Shown: positions 28,324-38,066 of the stretch, piece after piece | Numbering within the stretch: the stretch's first letter is position 1 | How the letters are laid out: the number at the start of each line of letters is the position of its first letter | Assembly: GCA_964035545.1 (NCBI GenBank) | Contig: OZ037768.1 | Location: 6,170,741 to 6,234,740, forward strand | Direction of reading: 5' to 3' | Length of the DNA stretch: 64,000 bases | Source of the DNA: Bugula neritina | Taxonomy: Eukaryota > Animalia > Bryozoa | Translations under genes and position numbers: made by a program | Notes under the pieces: model-generated | What the model was told of the DNA's origin: nothing | Database searches by the model: none | What the model saw: only the letters and a program-made list of their open reading frames with translations

Positions 28324-31300
28324 ATGCACTTGACTATATACCTAATAGTTGGTAAGTTTCCAACAGTTTAATTTATGCATTCAATACTTTTATATTATAG
28401 GGTGCATAAATCTACAAATATATCATTATAATATGTAATGAAAATTCCAACATATTGTACTTTGCTTTCTTACCCCTGAAATATTAATGGAGTAGCTACA
28501 TATGTGAATCTTATAATTTTGATCAATCTGAAAAGCGAAGAATTTTGCAATAGTGAAATAACCATCCCACCATTACGATGTGATGTAAGGTTATTTATTA
28601 TATTGCAGCTGGTGGTTTCTATACAGTGTTTGGATGGCAGAGATATGTCCAGGAAGAGTGTGCTACAGACTACTCAGAAGGCAAGCTAATAACTGGAGTC
28701 AGATCTTTGACACAGTGCGCTTTATACTGCACTGCCGGCCCGGACTGCTACGGCTTCCACTACATTAAGATGGTGGAAGAGTGCTATTTTATCTCATGCA
28801 GTGACACTCAAAATGTTCAACAAGGTTATATTGAGAAACTGCTATTCACTTTCATAATATTTATGTGCAAAGAGTTAGATATTGCTAGATTACAGTCAGT
28901 AAGAACATAATATATATTGCAATGGTTTGTTTTTATTTTTAAAGTATTTATGCTATGCTTTACACAATCACTTAGCAGTAGACTTGATGAATGAAAGTGT
29001 GCACTCATATGTATGGATTTCTTTAACAAACTCAAGTTTTATTAGTTAGCTTTGTATATTTAATTTGACAGTTGAAGTTTATGGATAAACTGTGATATAT
29101 CTGAATATATTCATAATGAAAGCAATATATTGTTATGTTATAAGTCTTATTAGTTATTACATTATATTATTTAGCCATTAATAATAACTGATGGTTGTAG
29201 AGCCTTGCGAGTTCAAGTCTGCAGACATCCAAACTTATTTGAACATCATCATGTACACAGAAAACTTTAGTCTAGCTCGGGGTAGGTATATTATATATTT
29301 AAATTGACCTCAGCAACATGACTGTACATAAATAAATTAAACTAAAAGGACAACAAAAATCATGGAATTTGGTCAATTAACATCTAAATCTATATTATGC
29401 ATTTTGCAAAATCAGTATATAATTAATTTAAACTACAATACTAATAACCTATGAAGTATGTAACTTTTGATTTATTTATGTAAGGCTTTAATTGCTTATA
29501 AAAGGAAAATTAAGAGAATATAGTTAATCAGATTATAGAAGGAATAGAATTGTTAATTAAAGTACATTAGAGTAAGAAATTTATTGGTTACGCAATGTTT
29601 TAATATAGCTTGTATAGAAACTATTGCTAAGAAATTTATAAATCGTATGAATATGGATGATGAAAACTTTAAAGGGTGTTTATATGATGATGTCACGACT
29701 ATTCAATTAAATATTAAATTTGAAACAAGTTTTTGTAACAATAAATATATTTGAACTACAGAAAGCCAAGTTTTTGCATGGAGTTTTAATTTAGGTTGAC
29801 CTTTCATTGAATCTTATTAAGAATTGGTAATTTCAATTGCATCTTTTTTCAGCTCAGTACCCACTATAGCAAGTAAACAATGTGAGTAATTGAAATTTAA
29901 AACAACTTGATACAAAAATAAATAAAATACAAGCACTGTGCCTTTGTGTATTTTACAGGTAAGACAGCAACACAATCAACTTACTATTTTGAGAATATAG
30001 CAGCAGATGTTGGCTTTGACGGTGTATATGAACCAAGTGAGGAGGCTCAAGCAGGGGTCAGCGGAAAGTATGAGTCATATTATGCATTGCACACCGAACA
30101 TGAGCCTGAACCATGGGTTCTAGTAGACATGCATCAACCCTTCTGCATTAAAGGTGTAAAAATATGGAACAGATATGCTAATGATAATGATGAAATTGGT
30201 GAGTTGGAATTTTACAAAAATATACTAAACTTGCTCTTAAAACTACAGTTTATAGCATCTGATTGCTAAAACTTATATAGCTTTGCATGATAATGAGAGT
30301 ATATTTTCATATGTTACTTCACTAACTATTGTCACCCTACTGGCTTGTGCTAGAAATAGAAGGCAGCATATACTGTGTAAAATAATTGCCACCACTGGGA
30401 ATTGAACCCAAGTCCTCTGGCTTGCAAGTAAGTGTGCAGAGGCCACTGGGTAAACTCTACACTACATCCCACCCAGTTCTCTGAACTCCACTGGCCTATC
30501 TACCACTCCTTCAGTCATCAGGCTCTCCTGGCCACTCAACTCCCTCGGAGTACTACTACAACTACACTTCACTAAAGGCCGAAATAGCTTGTAAAATAAT
30601 TGCCACCACTGGGAATCGAACCCCAGTCCTCTGGCTTGCAAGCAAGTGTGCTACCATTACACCACGGAGGCCACTGGGTAAACTCTACACCACATACTGC
30701 TTTGTACAACCTATTGACCAATTAATTGCTATAGTTATTCCTTGCTAATTATTTCAATTACAATATTATCTAAAACCCATACAATACTGCTAAAGTTTTC
30801 TCCTTGTTCTAAAAGACCAATAATTAAAAGTTGATCATGTAGTGTAACACAACTCCTATATAACATCTTTTACCAAAGTAAAAGCAGCTTTAATCTAGTG
30901 AGATACTTTCTGATAATGGATGTATCATAAGCATATAAGATAGTTACTGTGTAAATAACAGGTTTTGTTTTATCTGCTGTAAGATCTTGGCTTACTCATT
31001 TAGAATACAGCTCCAATAATCTAAAATCTAAATAGTCTGCCTCACTTCAGCTATATGCTTTATTGAAAGTGTTGAAGAGTTTATAGCATAAAATACCACT
31101 GGCAGAACACACAGTTAAAGGTTTCAGGTCTGTAAGAAAACCAGCATAAATGGTTAAGCAAACTAAGAGCTTATACACAATTTTATTGTACTGTATGAAC
31201 TCAAAAACAATTATAATATGACAGTTTAAACTTTGAAGTTCCAAGCGTTGCAGCAGCTAAGAACACCATATGATGAAAGTTAGCAATATAAATTACTTTT

Positions 31301-31943
31301 AGTCTCATAATCAATGCCATGCATGGACGTTAGATTTAAACGACCACAGCAGACTATCAGAAATCCCACAATTAATCCAAAACCTGTTTGCACAAAATTT
31401 ATTTTAAAACAAAATTGTTTGAGCATACAACCCACAAACAGTCTGTAGATGATAGCTTAAAGATAATTACATAAGAACAAGAAACTATAACTCTAAAATG
31501 TGTGTCCTGTGCACATCACAGACAATTGCAGCATTCATGGTATATACATATAGAAAAGTAGTAATTGGTCTCCCACACACAATCATCATGGAACTTGGAC
31601 CAACATCGAACTACCAATAAATTGCACAAGTGTTAAATGTTGGCTCTAAGCATTTACTACTGTAAAAGCCATCAGCGTCATTTGTGTTGCAAACAACGTC
31701 TTTACTTTTTGTAAATAGAATATGTTTTATATTACAGAAGAAAGGCTACACAATGTAGTAGTTGGTGCTGGACTGCCAAGTGGAGAATGGGACTGGTGTC
31801 AAACCTATCTACCAAACTGGCCTCGAGTTTTCAGACTAGACTGCCGTAAACCTTTATACGGACAACTTGTTAGATTGTGGATAAAAGATGAAGCTAATAA
31901 CAACACTTTGAATTTTTATGAAATGGAAGTTATCGGACATTAG
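28324..31943 (+). CDS. Secreted PAN/Apple-domain + F-type lectin (fucolectin/FA58C-like) protein
   Basis: Exons 28324-28351 (an in-frame upstream ATG at 28276 is also possible), 28609-28824, 29201-29281, 29959-30198 and 31738-31943, all joined by phase-1 introns. Signal-peptide-like MHLTIYLIVAGGFYTVFG; PAN pattern QCALYC...DCYGFHY...ECYF; F-type lectin hallmarks SLARGKTATQS, GFDGV, HT...PWVLVDM, VKIWNR, ERL, LYGQLVRL, LNFYEMEV. Confidence 0.85.
30376..30694 (-). mobile_element. Non-autonomous miniature LTR retrotransposon (TRIM) with tRNA-derived LTRs
   Basis: Direct repeats at 30376-30466 (91 bp) and 30590-30694 (105 bp) both start TGTAAAA and end ACA, and differ by 5 substitutions plus a 14-bp indel. 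A 5-bp TSD, TACTG, lies at 30371-75 and 30695-99. The 123-bp internal region has purine-rich GAGAACTGGGTGGGA abutting the 3' LTR on the minus strand. Confidence 0.88.
30601..30671 (-). pseudogene. tRNA-like sequence (Pol III A/B boxes) embedded in the 5' LTR; not a functional tRNA
   Basis: GCCTCCGTGGTGTAATGGTAGCACACTTGCTTGCAAGCCAGAGGACTGGGGTTCGATTCCCAGTGGTGGCA. The acceptor stem pairs at 6/7 positions and the D-arm is intact, with A box TGGTGTAATGG and B box GGTTCGATTCC. The anticodon loop is only 6 nt (TTGCAA, Ala/Cys-like) and the T-stem has an extra base. It is followed by ATTATTTT. Confidence 0.8.
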
Positions 31944-32048
31944 ATTTGATTTATTTATTTCAAATACGCATAAAACACCACCATACCACTACTTTATTCA
32001 CAAATTAATTATTTATAGAGCTTTATAGTACTTAAAAGAAGACTTTAC

Positions 32049-32051
<3 letters not shown>

Positions 32052-32078
<27 letters not shown>
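32052..32078. repeat. (TA)n microsatellite
   Basis: About 13 perfect TA units just downstream of the lectin stop codon. Confidence 0.9.
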
Positions 32079-32082
<4 letters not shown>

Positions 32083-34002
32083 CTACTACTATACGGAGTC
32101 ATAACTAGAAGTTATGGTTATGTCTTTGTTACCATGGTTACAAAGTTGGATCTCAGCTGAGTAGCCATTAGATGCAAGATATCATTTGTTGCATAAAAGA
32201 GGCTGGAAGGTTTCAATCACTAGTATTCTATTATTGAATGGATGCGATTTAAAATTCATTTGATTTCTGAAAAATTAAACATTTTACATATGTTGTCTAG
32301 TGATAGTTTTTTTTTCTCTTCCAGGAATGTTTTATGTAATGTACTGAAAAAAGTGTGAATATGCAGCTTATCCCAACATCTTTTTTCCTCCCTATAATCT
32401 ACTCTTTTGTTTTCAACTTCGGAAAATATTTTGCTAGGTAGGTAATAAAGTACATGACAACTTTTAAGCACTGGCCATCACTTGTCATATCTACATAATC
32501 TAACAAGTGTTTTTCTTATTTTCACTCTTTTTCTATTTCTGCCTACTTCTAAATCATTAAAAAGCTTAAAATTGTTTACATGGAAAATAATTAACTTATA
32601 CTATTAACCTATCAAGTACTTATTATTCAACCTATATGTAAACATTGCATTATAAGTAAGCTTTTTATATAACAATTTTTATGTTGCTATGAATAGTGTC
32701 AATGATATAACATAAACACAGCTAGCAGCACATTCTATCCATCAAATTATTGTGTATTGGAAATAAAACTATTATAATACATAATATATATGTGGTTGTC
32801 AGCTTTTATAATGAATATTGGTTTAATTATTGAAACAGAGTTATATATTACTTCAGGCTAAATATACAGTAACTCGATATTGAAGCAGGAAAGAGGACAG
32901 GGGTTATTTTAGGATGTCAATATCTGTTGATCAATGACAAGAGCCAATATTAACACCACAACCACTTGTACCGCGGTTGTCACACAAATCAATTATAAAA
33001 CATGCATGCAGTGTTTAAGTAACGTATATAAATATATTTAAATTCAAATTAATTCTTAAGTATCGACCTTAATAATGATCCCATTATGTGGCTAATGGAT
33101 AACAATGCCATTACCTGTCTAGCTCTTGTTGCAAAATTTAGTAAACCGAGAATTTGAATTTGGCATGAAATGAAATGGCTTATTTCCTTGTTGAGTATTA
33201 TTTGCATACTGCAGATACCTTACCAGTCTTAGAGTGATAAAAACATGACTCAATTAAAGTAGAGCTGTTGTGAATACAGTAGCAGCTAGATCAGATTTGA
33301 TATGAATATTCATCATAGGATTAGGGCTAGTAGGTAGGTAGCTGCTGGCAGTGTGTAATATAATGGCCTGCCATTGTTTTACTATTTATAAATATTAAAG
33401 AGTCAAAGTTAGCATTAATTAGTATTAGTTCTATACATATTACTGCAGAAACTGAACGGAATAAACAACATCAGCAAGTGAGCTATCATCTCGAAATAAT
33501 TTAGGACATGTGCGCACAAGGTTTAGTGTGTAACAGATATGCTTGGGCAAACTATCCTCAGGTTGCGTTTAGATGATGGTAAAAATTTATGTGAATAATT
33601 AATTATTGCATAAATGTAGAGTTTTTGATCAAAGAGCTATATAAAAGCTACATATATATTTTCTGCATGTCCCTTCATTATGACTTCTACTATTACAACT
33701 TTGTATATTAATATTATGGTACTGATTTGTTTTTATTTGTTCGGAGGCATGTATTTAGGTTATTGTGTTGATCTGTGTTAATGAGCAATATTTTTTGAAA
33801 CTTACAAAAGATATAGGCTTGTAAGTTTTAAAATCAAGAAACGGTCTAGTTTATGAAATTTTCTCACTTGATTATATATTCACATATAAGTACAAGACGT
33901 CATTAATTATTGTATTTTCAGTAGAGTTAATAAAACAATTACAGTACAATAATTAAAAAAAACAATATAAAAATATAAATTATAATTCATAATATACAAA
34001 AA

Positions 34003-37000
34003 CTACTTATTAAGTAATTCAGAAATATCAAATGTTTTTGGGAGACTGTTTTCAGTCACTTCATATAGCTTAGCTGTACCATCTTCAGAAGCCGTTGCAA
34101 AGACAACTCCTTGCCTACAAATAGAAATTAGTTCTCTAACCTCAAACACAGTCTTTATCCATACATTTAACACAACGTTCTAAATTAGTGCATGACCAAA
34201 ACCCAACATGCATAAGCATTAATGTTCAGACAGGGGGGTAATGTTTACTTACTCTGTGACGGACAAGTCATGTATTTCAGCTGAATGACCATAAAACTTG
34301 GCGATATTCTCCCCAGTAAGTCCATTCCACAATGTTATAACACCATCAGTGTCAGCCGAATATAACATAGGAGACTTCTGATGCCAAATCACTTTAGTTA
34401 TGGGTACCTACATGACATTAATAAGCAATGATGAGTGAATTTGGTAGTTGAGTATATCCTTCAAAGTTATCAAGCTAATCTAGGATTACGTGAAAAGTAG
34501 ATTACATGAAAAGCGCTACTGCAACACATTCAAAGGTTTTACATTAGATTAAATACCCATTAAAATATGTATATATGATTCAAATAGAACACTTATACCA
34601 AGCTAGCAGAAAGTTGGCTTCGCATAATTTATTGAAATTTATCCGATGTTGCATTTTTGATGAGGAGTGAAGTTGAAAAATCAGTGAATAAAAACAATTA
34701 AAAACCTAAAATAAGGAGTTACAAAAGTTATCATGGTAAGTGGAATCCCATAAACTTATACTAGCATTGAAAACAACACATCAGACTATGCAACTTCAAG
34801 CATTACACCTCAGCGAGCCCGTTTATAACATTTATAATAATTTAATAATCTAATAATCAACACAGTTATTTCGACTTTCACAAGAGTGGAGCAATTTTTC
34901 ATAAACTGCAACAAGAAACAACCACTAACATTTCATCTGACTAACCTGATTTGTATTTAGTTTAAGAGCACATGTCATTGCTGTCAAGTTGAAGATAAAC
35001 AGATCACCGGAGGTGGTGGCGGCAGCGGCTATAACTCGACTACAAGATTACACAAGAGTGGTGAGGGTCAGGTGATAACACAAGTTGGTGAATAAACTTG
35101 GTAAAACAGATAAAAGCACTGTTGGGCCCAGCATAGACAAGTCTGTTTATATAATGATATATTCTACTAGTATCTTACTAAATATCAGATATCTCCAGGT
35201 AATGAGCCATCACTCTTGGCACAATATTTTTTATTATTTAAAGCTAACGGCAGTGCTGAACTGCTGCAGGGAAAATGGTTTTTAGCCAACATTTTTATAT
35301 ACTAAAAACCATAATTAGCTAGACTGGCGTCTGGCACTGCGGCTAATACCAGCTTCTGAACATTTTATACTTCGAAATTAGATAAGCCAAACTTCACATT
35401 TGGCAAAAGTTAGCTGTGATTGAAGCTCTTTTCACCCACTGAGAATTAAACGCATTTGTAACTCAACAAAATATTATTGAGCAAAAATATATAACCAATG
35501 ACGTCACAATTCAAGAGAACATAGATTGATCATATATCAATACAAAAATTGATTGTAAATACGAGTATAACTAGTTAGAACTTACTTTGAGCAGTGAGCG
35601 ACAGATTCTACTGATGCATTAGCTCCTTCCTCACCTGAGCCATGGCAGTCAAATGATTTTACCAACTGAAGAGAGAATGGAAAATAAACTAGATAAACAT
35701 AATTAATAATATTTTTATTAACCCTCCATATAAACTGGTCAAGTCAAAGAAGTAATTAAATCAAATCAAAATATAAAAAGAAGGAGGTTGCACCAGGCAC
35801 AGCGAGAATGGTCAAAACTTTCAACCATAGAATAATCTCATTGTAATACGAGAGCTTGAGTTGCCAGTATAAGGCAGTGTAGTAGCAGCACGTACCTTGC
35901 CTTTCTCTAGGTTATATACATTCATCATGCCATCTGTGCTACCAGATATGAGGGTGGCATTGTTATCTGAGGGATTGGATGAGTAAGAGTCTAGACAGGT
36001 GATGCTTCCTTGGTGACCATTATTACCTAAACACACCCCACACATTATGTTCACATACATACTAACTAAAAAAGTTAAATAAAATTCCAAATAACATATT
36101 ACAGAGGGACTGATATTAGCAGACCATAATAATAGTTGTCTGTAAATACGAAACACATCTTCACCTGAAAAAGTGGGCATCTGTTGGGAGGGAGAAGTCA
36201 GATTCCAGATTTTAACCACTCCGTTACCATACCCTGCGGCTAGCATGGTATTAAGTGGTAAAAAGTGACAAATTGTGGCAGCTACGCCACTAAAATCAAA
36301 CGTTGAACAACTACCAGAGGGAATCTTCCACATCCATACAATTCCATCAGCATCAGAAGCAAGAAGGAGCGATCCTCCCCTGTGCCACTGCATCCACTGC
36401 CACCATGAATAAAAGAGAATATAAGTCATAAAAACATAAATGCAAAAAAACAATAAAACACATAAATGCCATATAAAAAACATACATGTAAAAAACATCA
36501 ATACGTGGACATTTCAATTTTAGAAACCATAGGCAACAGGAGCCTGTAGTTATCTAGTTCAGTCAATAAAAACAGAGCAGCCTGATTTAACTATTTTGTC
36601 ATCTTTATTATACCAACACATTTTATTTAGTTTAAAATGCATTCAGCCAGCTTGTGCATCAATATTCATTACTCCAGTGCAGATAGTATCATATAGTTAT
36701 AGTTCACCTTACAACTGAGCCATGATTAAGAGGCTGGGCAAACTACTTAGAACTGTTAGGTATAAGTAAATTATTATAAAATTGAGAGCTCAACACGGCA
36801 AGGAAATGCAGCAACGTAGAATTATCTTACCTCCAGATCAGCTATTTCAAAAGACCAAACAGTTTCCTTAGTGACAATGTTCCAGACCTGAATGAAACCA
36901 CTCATATCGCCTGTAGCTAGGTAAGTACCATCAGCTGAGAAGGATACTTGAGTTACAGAATCTTTATGACCTGAAAAGAAACCAACACTGACACAATAAC

Positions 37001-38066
37001 CAAACACTAAAACATACGATACAGATGACTCAGTTACAAAGAGACTGGAGAAATTAATGTACGATACACAGGCATGCACAACCATACCATTTTATATAAA
37101 AGGCAGAAATTAAAGCAGCAGCATATTAATTAAATGACAATATTGAAAATACCGGCACATTTAAGAATTGTCTCCCCTGTGGAAGAGTTCCAAAGATATG
37201 CCAAGTCATCCTGTCCACCGGTAGCCACAAGTGAATGGTTAACAGGGTGAAGTTTAATGCAGAAAACTGGTTCTAAAACATATTAAATCCATTCAGAATG
37301 AGTCAGAAAAAACATAGAGCATATCAAGTGAAGTTTAAACAAAAATTAGAACTTGCAGATTCTGGCAAAACAAAAATAGCATCAGACTACACACTTTAAT
37401 TCTATGTTCTGAAAAGAAGGAATTCACAGTTTTAAAATTAGACTTTACAGAACCAAAAATCAAAATGACGGCATAAAAAACCAAAGAGCTTTCAATTTCA
37501 AGGCATGAAAGATGAAACAGCATATTCAAGTTTAAGGTTAGAAATACTACCTTTATGAGCTTCAAAAGTGAAGATAGAATCATCAATATGTTCTGCTTCA
37601 TCCAGGGGTTCACCATCACCTGTTGTGTTACAAACACTGAATTATCAATCTATAATACAATACGAATTAGCCAAATATGTACAACGTATCACAATAATAA
37701 CTCTCATCACAAATTCAACTAACATGCACTTAAATTCCCAAATGGAAAATACAAACTCAAACTCTGAAGATGAATACAGTGGTATTAGTTTACTTTGTTT
37801 TCATATAAATAATGCAATAATTAAATGTTTCTCGTCTATCTAATAAAAATCACTAGCTGTTACATATGAATTAAAAAAATACAAATATATGCGAGGAGAC
37901 TCTAACCTTCACCATCCATGTCTATTTCATCTCCCTCTTCCATTTGCATGATTTCATCATCTGAGCCAAGCTCTATGACCTCATCATCATCACCATTATG
38001 ATACTGGTTGTCATCTCCTGCACTATCTCCATTAGTATTATTGTCTGGCTTATCATCGTGCTTCAT
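34003..38066 (-). CDS. AAMP: Angio-associated migratory cell protein (WD40; Sqt1-like uL16 chaperone)
   Basis: Acidic N-terminus MKHDDKPD...EIDMDGEG, then [21 protein letters not shown]...[49 protein letters not shown]...[43 protein letters not shown]. Ten in-frame GT-AG exons; stop at 34003-05. Confidence 0.92.

Noticed and set aside
30467-30589. Hammerhead ribozyme (retrozyme) in the TRIM internal region: CTGATGA on the minus strand, GGCCGAAA on the plus strand
   Set aside because: The two core motifs are on opposite strands, and no GAAA follows CTGATGA on the minus strand. GCCGAAA is better explained as the tRNA-Phe-matching PBS.
30601-30671. Functional tRNA-Ala/Cys gene
   Set aside because: It has a 6-nt anticodon loop, a mismatched anticodon stem and an extra T-stem base, and it sits inside a TSD-flanked LTR.
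32078-32225. Possible non-autonomous Helitron/Helentron fragment (follows (TA)n, ends CTAGT) containing an RFX X-box-like GTTACCATGGTTAC
   Set aside because: There is no convincing subterminal hairpin or second copy in the window, and the X-box-like motif is not near a promoter. A genome-wide repeat search would be needed.
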